A program made the position numbers and the translations under genes. Positions 26,858 through 37,500 of a DNA stretch of 64,000 nucleotides are shown here, in pieces. The notes beneath the pieces are model-generated. The model searched no databases and was not told the DNA's origin. It worked only from the letters and a program-made list of their open reading frames with translations. Numbering within the stretch: position 1 is the stretch's first letter; each line of letters begins with the position of its first letter. The DNA is from Ramazzottius varieornatus (taxonomy: Eukaryota; Animalia; Tardigrada), in contig BDGG01000002.1 in NCBI GenBank assembly GCA_001949185.1, forward strand, positions 4,702,448 to 4,766,447. Reading direction: 5' to 3'.

Positions 26858-27978
26858 GAGTTTCAGACTGGATACGACTTCCTCGAAGAATGCGTCAATA
26901 AAATCTCCAAAGATGAACGCTTACCGGACCTGGTTCTCGTGCAGTGGATGATGAACATCAAAAGTCACTTGTCCATCTCGCAGCATCTTTTCTCCGAAGG
27001 ATTTGACCATTATGCTACCCAGACAATGAACCAGGATACGCTTGAGGTATGCTCAGTAACAGACGTGCACACCTGAACCTAAGTAACAGTGTTTTTGTAG
27101 CGGTTTTTTCTCTCGAGCTCGATCAATGCTTGGAGAAAGGCTGAACAATCCTGACAGCGCAAAAACGGCGGCGATAATCCGAACACTTTCGATGACCAGT
27201 ATCGCCACGATTCAGACCCCAAAAGCGCTAACATTGAAGAGCAAGAGGACATCACCTTCGTCAGCTATCTGGACATTCTGAAGGAAAGGCGCAAGCAGAG
27301 AGTAAAGAGCTTCCCGGAGGATGAGTACGAATGGACCGAAGAGCCACTCCACGAAGAAGATTTGGACGAAGTCGATCTTGCTTGCGTCTACCACCATCTA
27401 GGGACTCCGTCCATCCAGAAACAGCTGAACCGTTTCACTTGTGCCGAATGTCGGCCAGCGTACTTTTATACTCGGCAGGCGGATGGTGACATCTCCATCC
27501 CCGTCGGTCTTCTTCGACCTTCCCTGATCACGTACCTCAAAGACAGTGGAAACCTGTTTTACGGTACCGAGGAGTTGTACGAGCATTTCATCGAACTGGA
27601 GTGTATATTTCGACAGTACGTCGACAAAAGTATTCAGTTCAAGAATCCGAGGAAAGAACTACTGAAGATCTTGGAGCTCCCAGCGTACAATGTGGCCGAA
27701 GAAACTTCCTTAGCTTTTAAACTTCTGTTGCGATATACAGATGTACTTGTGACGCGGATTTGTTTTTCAGGAGCGCTTCAGATAGCTATATTCGATTCCG
27801 TCTTCATTGCAAATTTCGTGCTCTGAAGAGGCAGCGCGTGGCAGAGCGTAAGTCCAAAGCTTTTGCCAGCAAGGCAGAAAATGTGCTTGCTCGAAAATCC
27901 AAAAGAGAGAAATCTGGAAAATCTCAGAAAAGTTCATGTTTGAATCGCCAAATTGCAAAGTTTACCATGGGCAAATAA
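26858..27978 (+). mobile_element. P-element/THAP9-family transposase remnant (C-terminal half, spliced, frameshifted)
   Basis: NQDTLE|RFFSRARSMLGERLNNPD matches the QDxLExFFxxIRxxGGxxxNP catalytic motif. It is followed by CAEC, LITYLKDSGNLFY..ELECIFR and YIRFRLH. GT-AG intron at 27047-27100. Confidence 0.7.
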
Positions 27979-28479
27979 AATCACTCACATTGGTGTAGTC
28001 GAAACTCGAGTTATTTCATCTCGTTATCACTTATCTACGCTGTTCTGTCTCCAATGTTGATCCGGTAATTTCAAATAATAGATGGGGTAAGTCTAAAGTA
28101 AATGGAGTAATGTCTCACTAGGTAAACGTGTTCTGCCTTGTCGGTTCGATGGAGCTTCGCAATCACCACTCACAGGTAAGTCACGCCCCGTGCACGTGGC
28201 TGATCCGCCCTCGACTTGATCCTTTTCATGTTGACCAATGAGGCGATTAGCTCTATTTTTGAAATTTCTGTTTTTACCTCTGTTTGGGCGGAGTTATATT
28301 ATCCAATCCCAGTGGAGAAATCCTACGTCATCCAACTTTCCTCGTGATTTTCCATCAGAATTTTAGTACATTCTGCACGTGTATCACTCTGTCGCTGCTG
28401 AGACTGGGTCTTCTAACCCAAAGACTGGTTGAAGGAGCCTTCTGTACAGGGAACCCCGCAACTTTCGGTTCGCAAGGAT

Positions 28480-28730
28480 TTATTTTAGGGCGCAAGCTTC
28501 GAGCTCGTCCGACGACAAGCACGCCACCTTGATGTAGAAGTTTGCGTTCACCTGGGCAGTTCGAAGAGTGAGGGGAAGTATACCCGTGATGTGGTACAAT
28601 CCACAGTCCGAGGCAGTTCGCCTTACACCAAGCAGGCTTTTCGCACACCGGGTTGAAGCTTGGTTCAGCTTGTCTTTCCTCACTGGAAATGACGTGACCT
28701 GTGGACGCCACCGACTTCACGAAAGTACCA
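28480..28730 (-). mobile_element. Non-LTR retrotransposon (LINE) reverse-transcriptase C-terminal fragment
   Basis: KLNQASTRCAKSLLGVRRTASDCGLYHITGILPLTLRT resembles the LxxxQxRxLRxIxGxxRTTxxxxLxxxxGIxPLxxR region that follows LINE RT domains. TFVKSV lies upstream in a shifted frame. Confidence 0.5.
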
Positions 28731-29295
28731 TGTCATTGGCGCATGCGCAACTGTCTAAGTAAGACCGCGAAGCATCACAGCGGATGCGGGCACTTTCGCT
28801 AGTCTCGTCTGCGTATGGTGGTTGGAGCTGTTAAGCGTGGCTGCGAGGTATTTGAACTGAGTTCCTTTCTCGACTTCTGTGAACACTGAACAGATACACT
28901 CACGGTTTCCTGTAGGTTTCCCGAGCTAACCTGTGATCGTTCTGTTTGTGTGAAATCATTTGTGCGAATCATTATACGGGTTTCGAGCATGAGGGCACAT
29001 TGGCTGTAAAATTAATACAACACCATCAAAACCTCCGCATCGTTCCGAAGGAGACTTCTTTCAAAAGACAGATGCATCAACTATGTACCAGTTGAGAAAT
29101 TATTAGCCATCGCATTTAGTCCGTTGCTGAATGAGAACCGAGTGATCTTTTGCGGCAGCGTTTTCCGAATGCATTCAACCTCGTCCACCATTGTAACCTC
29201 TGGAATAATACCGTCCGTAGACCAAATTTGGCAGGAACTGCATCGGTGAACTTTTTACACTTCAAAATAATCCCGAAACACAAGACACACTCTGA

Positions 29296-29466
29296 TACAG
29301 TGTATGACAAAACTAACCGCTAAAAATGGGCGTAACATTGCAGCTAGAGCTTATATACAACTCAGCCAATGAGAACTATGTTTTGCTGCATGGCAAATTT
29401 CATTGGCTTTGTATATCTGGCTCCATCCAACACCCATTTTAACGGTTTATTTTATCGTACGCTGTA
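29296..29466. mobile_element. Degenerate foldback/MITE-like palindrome
   Basis: 29296-29333 is an imperfect reverse complement of 29430-29466; the inner arms (tatacaactcagccaatgag / ttcattggctttgtata) also pair. Confidence 0.65.
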
Positions 29467-29649
29467 TTCTAGAACTTCCAAAAACCTGGCGCTTTTCAAA
29501 TTTGCGACAGATGATAAGCTTCTGGAAACTGGCCATAAGATTTGGTACAGATATCAATATCCGAGATCGATGTGAAGGGAGTTATGAGATGGATTGCAAA
29601 GCGGAAACAGCGTTTCCGGACCGCCAGCTGGTCGTTGCGGTGCCGACGC

Positions 29650-30646
29650 AATTGCCCTACTGACTGCCTGCGATTGACTGGACGCAAGCCAACAGAAATA
29701 TTTTGCCTTCAAGCAAATTCGGTTTTCCTTCTGGCCACGTGGTCTCCACAGTATTCGCGTTGCACCACGTGCCAGAGTGAAAAAACGTACGCCAATCCAG
29801 GTACGCATGTGCTTGCTTCCACAGAAACGTACGCCGTCGTACAACACTCGTTTGATACGGACCCCGTACATGCAATCGCGGCGAGTACGGCGGCTTTTTA
29901 GCCATTTCTATAATATAGGCAGACTTCGTACACGCACGATGGGTAATTATGGGACAGTAAAAATTATGGGACAGGTCTTTTCGCTACGGCGGCACGGGCA
30001 GGCGATTCTTGCTAGAAGTAAATACCAACAATGAAGGCTGCTTTGCTGTACATACGTGCTGAATAGCTGAAAGCGTGTCCTTCAAGGCTTTGTTGATGTG
30101 CCGTCGCTTGGTCTTGAAGGGTTGGGACATTATGGAAAACCGCTTACAGGAATGACATGGAATAGAGAGCGTCTCTGGAAGAAAGTAAATGAACAGTCCG
30201 CAACCACGAAGTCCAAAAGTCAAACAGCTGATCGTCTGATGTCCACTGTCCATGACAATTTTCTATGGTTAAATTTCACTGCGTTGCGTCATAGGCTCGA
30301 TTTTCATTGCTGGCTCGCATTCAGGATGTAAATTTTCCGTCCTTTCCGCCTGTCCCATACTTACCCATCGTGCGTGTACAGCATCAAGTTTTTGCAGTTC
30401 GATAGCACGTACATAGGCCGCATCTGACCAGCGTTGTACGATGGTGTAACGTTCAAATGTGCAGGCAAGCAAATGCGAGCCTGGATTCGCGTGCAACACT
30501 GAGTACGCGATTGTTCTCCGCTAGCACACGTGCAACAACGCGGACTTGCTGGGGACCACGTGGCCCAAAAAACCTAATTCCTCGAGGCAAAAGAACGTTT
30601 GCTGGCTTATGCCTTATGCCCAGTCAGTGCCAGTCAACCGGGAACC
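29650..30646. mobile_element. Older foldback element with arms of about 230-245 bp, interrupted by a younger MITE
   Basis: About 29650-29877 aligns with the reverse complement of about 30401-30646 (shared blocks ggccacgtggtc, aatccagg, tgcttgc, tcgtacaac). Confidence 0.7.
29931..30376. mobile_element. Non-autonomous Tc1/mariner-superfamily MITE, 446 bp
   Basis: 27-bp TIRs CACGCACGATGGGTAATTATGGGACAG / CTGTCCCATACTTACCCATCGTGCGTG (one mismatch), flanked by TA on both sides (29929-30, 30377-78). Confidence 0.88.
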
Positions 30647-32037
30647 AAGACTCGAACCACGGTAGCGCATTTCGACTCGCCTCCAGCTCTGCAGCGTGCT
30701 GATACATCACGTTTTGAACAGCCAGTCAAAATTTAAGCCAGAAAAATCCACCTGTAATAATCGATACGGACGACGTACAATGTAGTCAGACTGTCCGAGA
30801 CTCAGAGTCTCTCTGATGTAGTCATGCCTATAGAGCGCAGAGTATAAAACAATATGACATTTTGGTTGCGGAACCATACTGCTAGCTCGCAGAAACATAC
30901 TGCACGAACGACACGCGGTTACCTCCGAAAACTTTCCTTGCGGTACCATGCTGCAGACCCCGTTTCGTATGCTGTACGGACGGCATACGGCAACAGAATT
31001 TTCACTTCAGCGGCAAATACTCTTCTGAATTCAGATATCCTAGCAAGCAAAAACCATTAAGTTTGTTCTAGTCAAAAAAGATCGTTCATCGCCATACATA
31101 ATCGGCGAAAACTCTACCCCGGTCAGTAAAACAGCGTTTCTAAAGAAGTGCTTGAACCTTGGGATGGTAAAATCTAAAATAGAACCCTGACGCTCGCTCA
31201 CACCACACGAAAACGTACGCCACCTGACCAACTGCAGCTGATTTGGGAGATCGCTCGAGAGAAACAGTCAACAAAACAGGCAATCAGTCTCGAACCTCAT
31301 GCTGCCAGGTACGGCACGTACCTGGCGCTGTATCAGAACAGTCGCCCTGTGTTTGCATATGACGTTACAATGTTCTCTGTGCGCGGCGAACTGTGCCAGT
31401 GCGTCGCTCGCAATCTCTATGATGTAATGTCGCTTATGTACATTACATCATACATGCAGGCACTGATGTGCTGCTGAAGTGCGTATTGCTGGAAGCAAGA
31501 ACGCCGTAAAGTATCCTTGACGTTATACGTCAAGCATAGTGCGGGGCAGATTTTCGGAATGACGTAACCATCCTGTGACGTATCAGGTTGTTAATCTGAC
31601 CGAAAAGTAAGATCACTCAATCAGCCTTCACCGCAGCTTGGGCATGAAAAAGAGACAAAACCACACTTCGGTTGATTGATTGCACCTGTTAGCTCAGTAT
31701 TTGAAAAAGCACTTCTACCGGTATTCGATGCCAAGGTTTTTTATTTACGAGACCTGGCTCCGGTAGATTTATGGCCTACCATTTTAGTTTTTTCGCGTTT
31801 TGGCTTGCCATGCTCCTGCAGACGTGCGCTTTAGCAGCACATCAATGCATACAGGTGTTTCCGTCCTCGAATCTCGATTGATTCTGTCGATTTGATTGAT
31901 CCTTCCATGTTTCTTGACCGCAAGTCGACTAGTCAAGGTGCAGCGCAGTCCGCCGGGAGCTTCTAAAATTTTGACTATGAGCGTCGGGACTGTGAGTAAC
32001 CGGGGACTCTTTGTCGACTCTCCGCGATGCTGGAGTG

Positions 32038-32907
32038 ATGGACGCCGTCAGCTTCGTTTCTGGATGCTTTACAAACCCTGTTCGCAGACAGCTGATCGGA
32101 TGGTGGTCACTCCTCGTCGTTACCTCCGTAACTTGGTGCTACATATCGCCGTTCCTCGGACTCCCTACCACAGTAAAGCGTAAGCTCTTCCATCTTGCCA
32201 TCTCGGCAGTCTACATCAGCGGGATATACTACGACGCCTTCTTTCTCTGCATCGCAGCAGCGGTCGTCTTTCTGGCATTCATTATAGTAGAGGTGCGTAC
32301 TACGTACAGCATTCATCCATCTGTATTCAACGAAGAAATTGTCTTCCAGATTGCCAGGCTTTACGGTCCACCGTTCATATCTGCCATCCTGAACGACGCA
32401 ATCCAAACCTTCTTAGACGAAACAGCAGACGGACGTATCGTCTTTTCTCATTTTTCGTTGCTATTGGGCGTGTCGATGCCTGTTTGGGTGGACTACACTC
32501 TTCGGAACGACGGAAGTCACAGTATTATCAGTTACGCTGGTGTAATCACTATTGGAATTGGGGATAGCTTTGCTGCAATAGTCGGGAAAGCGGTCGGAAG
32601 ACATCGGTGGCCTGGGCAAAGTCGTACGCTTGAAGGAAGTTTCGCGATGCTAGCGTCCCAACTTATAGCATGTGAATGTTTGAGTTATTTAGACTCATCT
32701 GTTTTCACACCAAGTTCCTCCAGTTTCTCTCTGATTTACTTACGGCTTTTATGGCTCGTTCATGCCTGTTGTGTATCTTTGGCTGAAGCCTTCCTCAATA
32801 TGGACAATATATTGATTCCTGTCATTTCAGTGGTTCTTTTGCATCTCCTGTATCCACACACAGCCTTTCCGATTGATTTGTTCAACGTGAAAAATACCAT
32901 TCTATAG
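32038..32907 (+). CDS. DOLK: Dolichol kinase (C-terminal CTP-transferase portion only; one 57-nt intron at 32293-32349)
   Basis: RKLFHL, FLDE..G..SHFSLLLG, GIGDSFAAIVGKAVGRHRWPGQSRTLEGS and EA..MDNILIP, with multiple hydrophobic helices. Confidence 0.82.
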   Translation: MDAVSFVSGCFTNPVRRQLIGWWSLLVVTSVTWCYISPFLGLPTTVKRKLFHLAISAVYISGIYYDAFFLCIAAAVVFLAFIIVEVRTTYSIHPSVFNEEIVFQIARLYGPPFISAILNDAIQTFLDETADGRIVFSHFSLLLGVSMPVWVDYTLRNDGSHSIISYAGVITIGIGDSFAAIVGKAVGRHRWPGQSRTLEGSFAMLASQLIACECLSYLDSSVFTPSSSSFSLIYLRLLWLVHACCVSLAEAFLNMDNILIPVISVVLLHLLYPHTAFPIDLFNVKNTIL

Positions 32908-32985
32908 CGGAGTTTCGAACGTGGTAATTGCGCGAACTGGATTGAGTTTATTTTGTACAAAAAGAGTGTTTTAGTGTGAGAAGCA

Positions 32986-35900
32986 TTATTTTCCGAGAGG
33001 AGAAGGTAACGCGGGAATAGAATTAGAAACACGGGAACTTGATGACCTTAATTGCGGACTGTAGCTTTGGCTTTGGCTATTTAGAAAATTTAGTCCAGGA
33101 CTTCCTTGTAGCCCTTGACCACCGTAACTGGTTTGGCCACTCACGCCGGTGTTCTGGACACCCATTGATCCGGTCTCACTATTGAGAAACGTTGTTCCCG
33201 TCGGTACAGCTCCGTATGATGCTGTACCAATGCCTCCAGTACCGGAAGTGGCGTAGTTCGTTACGGCATTTCCTGGTGTTCCTTGAATTCCTTGCTGCAG
33301 TTGGTTGCCCAAGTTGTTCACCGCCTGACCACCACCGTAAGCGTTATTCGTTCCGCTTAGCCCATTCTGGATCAAGTTACCATTTCCTTGTGTTCCTGAG
33401 TATCCGCTGCCTACAGACAGACCATTCGGGAAACCAGTCATGCCGTTACCCGTTAATCCACCCGTTTGACCCACGTAGTTTCCGCTGCCCAGACTCTGAC
33501 CAGAACCAGCTCCTTGCAACGCTTGACCACCAGAATAAGCGTTATTGCTGCCGCTTCCTACACTTTGACCAGTATTGCCTTGCAAGATTTGGCCCCCGGA
33601 GTAAGCGTTGTTTATGTTGCTGCCTCCCATGTTTTGACCGAACTGGGATCCCTGCAGGGCCTGCCCACCACTGTAGCCGTTGCTGCTACCTTCGGTGACG
33701 CCGCTACCGGTAACACCACCAATGTATCCTCCACTGTTTCCAGATGAGAGACCGTTGTTAGCGATACCACCCGCATAGGCACCGTTGACAGCATTTTGAC
33801 CAGCAGACCCGTAACTTCCAGAAAGTCCACTTCCTTGTCCAGTGTTGCCGTACAGCGTGCTGGTACTTCCTTGGTTTCCATTGTTGAAGTTACTTCCGGT
33901 GCTACCGAGCTGATTAGAGTACCCACTAGTGCTTCCAACGCTATTGACTCCATTGAGACCGGAACTTTGACCGCTATAACCGCTTTGTCCCGATACACCG
34001 GTTCCTTGGTTGACTTGATTGGATGTTCCGTAACTAGTACTTCCGGTTTGCTGAAGGCCTGGAATACTGCTGGCAGAAAGTCCGGTGCCACCGTAGGAAG
34101 ACTGAGAGCCGCTGTTGAAACCGGTATTACTGTTGCCGAGAAATATTCCTCCGGTTGCGGCAGCAGGGCTGGAATACGAGTTGCTTCCGACACCGATACC
34201 TGTAAGGCCCACCTGATTCAGAAGACTTCCAGTGTTACCAGTTGTGGTACCGTAGGAACCAGAGTTGAGACCGGACTGGATTCCATTAAACCCCAGGGTA
34301 CCAAAGGTGTTTCCAAGTTGTGGTTGACTGTAGGAACTTCCACCGATGCCACCCGAGTTCTGACCGGATGAGTACGAGTTGCTGCTGCTGGTGCCGGGAT
34401 TGAAAGAAATGGAGATACCCAGGCTTCCGGTTCCCGAGTTCTGGCCTCCATTGTAAGAAAGACCCGAGCTTCCTGAATTTAGGACACTTTGACCAGAAGT
34501 TAGGCCGACCCCAGGGTACGAGCCCGCTATGGACCCTCTATTGATTCCTGTGGTTCCAGGGGAAAGTCCGAGACCGTTTTGTTGGCTTCCAGTATTACCA
34601 TAGCTGCCGGTTGATCCGACCTGGTTGCCATTCAGAATACCAATTACGTTGTTACCCGTTGATCCACTCTGACTGCCGTAGCTCCCACCACCCGCACTCT
34701 GCCCGGTACCACTTCCTAATAGCGAGGCCTGACCACCAGAGTAAGCGTTGTTATTACTGCTTCCAATGATGGAACCAACATTCGATCCTTGTAGGGCTTG
34801 GCCTCCACTGTATGCAGGGCTACTTCCGGTACCAACGCCAAGACCGATCCCGCTGGTTGCAGTGCCACCATAGGCACCACTGCCGAGACCAATACCGGTG
34901 CCAATGTTGCCAGTTCCTGTACCGCCATAAAACCCGCCATTCACTCCGGTGTTCAAGCCTTGCTGCAGACTGCCACCAGAGGTGCTCCCATAAGACCCGG
35001 AAGTCAGATTCGATCCTCCTTGGCTCAGGCCACCGAGTAAAGATCCGGTTGATCCATAGTTCGTAGACCCAACTCCGCCGGTTTGACCAGTTCCCGAAGA
35101 CCCATAGCTACCAGGCAGGCCAGAACTACCCTGACCGACAGTCCCAACACCATAGCTGCTACCAGTATTCCCCAGACCGGAGTTTCCAATGCTGTTGTAA
35201 TTACTCTGCACACCTCCGTTGAGTCCACCGCTAGGAAGCACCGACGATTGTTGTCCTCCATAAGAACCTCCATTACCGGAGGTCAGGCTTGAACCCTGGT
35301 TGCTTGCATAGCCACCTGTCGCAAGCCCGCCAACTCCGTTGGACAGTCCGGTCGTTTGTTGCCCACCATACGAGCTGGTACCGCCGCCGACTTGATTTCC
35401 CTGTGCAAAATTGTTTAAGCCGGTCCCGCCGAGATTACCATTCTGAACGCCAGAGGGTTGGAAACTTCCTCCGTATGAACTGCCTTGACCAGTCTGCTGT
35501 CCTTGAACACCAGAATAGCTACCACTCAATCCCGTGGTTCCACGGAGCCCGGACAAACCACCCGTGGTGCCGTAGTTCGTTCCGACTTGGCTGTTCTGGC
35601 CACTGCTGGAGTACGAACTGCCCTGGTTCCCAATGCTGTTTCCAGTTCCAGTGAGTGGGAACCCAGTCACCACTCCGGCCTGTGTTCCGCCATAGCTTCC
35701 GGCTCCATTGATCTGTCCTGAGTTCAAACCACCGAGTTGCGAAACGAGTCCGCTTTGACCATAGCTTGACGTACCGGGGGAAGTACCGATGTTTCCCTGT
35801 TGGTTACCTCCGTACGACGAGGTACCCTGACCAATGCTTTGACCATTGTTGAAGTTCGCTGAGCGGTCCACACTGAAGCCGTTGTTTAGCAAACCCTGGT

Positions 35901-37385
35901 TCCCGGACGCGAGCCCGCCTCCACCATAGCTATTTCCGCCTTGCAGACCAGAGTTGATATTGCCCCCGTAGGACCCACCACTTCCACCGAGTTGTGAACC
36001 AAGTCCACCACCTCCCGTACTGGATGAGTATCCAGACAGGCCATTCGTTAGTCCGTTGCTTCCTTGTAAACCAGAAGTCCCGTAGCTGGAGCCCTGGTTG
36101 ATTCCATTTCCGCCTTGTGGTTGTGTAGAGGAGCCGTAACTTGATCCTTGGCTAAGACCACTAAATCAAAAACGATAATAATACAAATTTTTACAACGCC
36201 ACCGTACTTGTGAATGATGAGTTTCTACGTCGGTGTGTTCATAAGGAAGATGTTCAAATGACGTCTGTGCCCACCTTATGGAGTTCTGTGAACTCTGCCC
36301 ATTCCCATACGTAAGCGACTGACCGCCAGTGGTTCCGCCGGCGTTCCCAAAGTTCCCTGTTTGACCATTCGTTCCGTATGATCCTTGGTTTGTTCCGCCA
36401 AAACTGCATGGAGAATATTTTTGGTAATCAGAGTTTCCCCTTGATTAGGGGTATTAAGCTCTGTCTCGTCTGCTGATGGGTGGTACATTTGGCCTCGTGG
36501 CCACGCCGCTGTCCATCTTTTATGGATTTCTCCATGGCCATAAGTCATAGATCAGTTTTTGAAGGAACTTTGCTGTTTCTTCAAAGTTGAAAGTTGAGAT
36601 CAGCTCTCGATCATCCCGCTACCAGGGAAGATCAGCTGATAGGATCTTTGATCCTTATTATGTATTGCCCCGTACGTATTCGTACACATAAATGAAGCCC
36701 GGGTAGCGAGAACGCGTAAACCGGCTAATCAACGATCAGCTGTCAATCACTCGAACGNNNNNNNNNNNNNNNNNNNNNNNNNNNNNNNNNNNNNNNNNNN
36801 NNNNNNNTAATGAGGATCAAAGATCCTATCAGCTGATCTTCGCTGGTAGCGGGATGATCAAGAGCTGATCTGAACTTTCAGAAATAGCCAAGTTCCTTCA
36901 AAAACTGATCTAAGACTTATGGCCATGGAGAAATCCATAAAAGATGGATAGCGGCGTGGCCGAGAGGCCAGATGTACCACCCATCAGCAGATGAAACAGA
37001 GCTTAAGCATAGTACGATACCCTATCTGTGAGCCTTGTCCGTTCAGGTTCCCGTACGACTGACCGGCAATAATTCCAGTATTTCCCGATTGACCGTTACT
37101 GCCATAGGACCCCTGATTTGTCCCAGCAAATCTGCAACGACTTATACAGGTAACTGTTTGATAATATTCCACACAGAGTACGAGGAAGTTTACGAAGTTT
37201 CAACAATGAGCACATTCACGTCACAGAAATGATAGCACATACCCTGTTTGCGAATTTTGTCCATTCGGGTAGGAACTTCCGGTATTTCCCAGTTGACCGT
37301 TTGTCCCATAGGATCCCTGGCAAGCAACATTAGATGCGGCATGAAGTCCTATTAGGAAAAGATAAGTAGACGGTTGCATCTTCAT
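32986..37385 (-). CDS. Secreted Gly/Ser/Asn/Gln/Tyr-rich low-complexity structural protein, about 1185 aa, 4 exons
   Basis: Exons 37385-37243, 37131-37021, 36403-36275 and 36160-32986 join in frame through phase-2 GT-AG introns. Signal-peptide-like N-terminus MKMQPSTYLFLIGLHAASNVAC-QG; repeated SYG and AYSGGQALQG. Confidence 0.85.
36454..37006. mobile_element. Foldback DNA element with inverted arms of about 200 bp, TTAA-flanked, in intron 2 of the Gly-rich gene
   Basis: 36458-36660 is a near-identical reverse complement of 36808-37002; TTAA at 36454-57 and 37003-06. Confidence 0.85.
36758..36807. other. Assembly gap (50 N)
   Basis: Run of N. Confidence 1.
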
Positions 37386-37492
37386 ATTGATACAAAGTCG
37401 AGATGGTGAAGTCGACGTGTTCAGAGGAAGTGAGTTCGCTGTCGAGAGAGCCAATGTGGCGGTGAATCTTTCGACTTCAGGAAAAACACACG

Positions 37493-37500
37493 CTATATAG
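37493..37500 (-). promoter_or_regulatory. Candidate TATA box of the Gly-rich gene
   Basis: CTATATAG about 110 nt upstream of the ATG at 37385. Confidence 0.4.

Noticed and set aside
31808-31862. Family-2-like arms upstream of DOLK
   Set aside because: Arms are poorly matched and the spacer is only 23 nt.
33192-35721. Many overlapping antisense and alternative-frame ORFs
   Set aside because: By-products of the biased codon composition of the Gly-rich gene.
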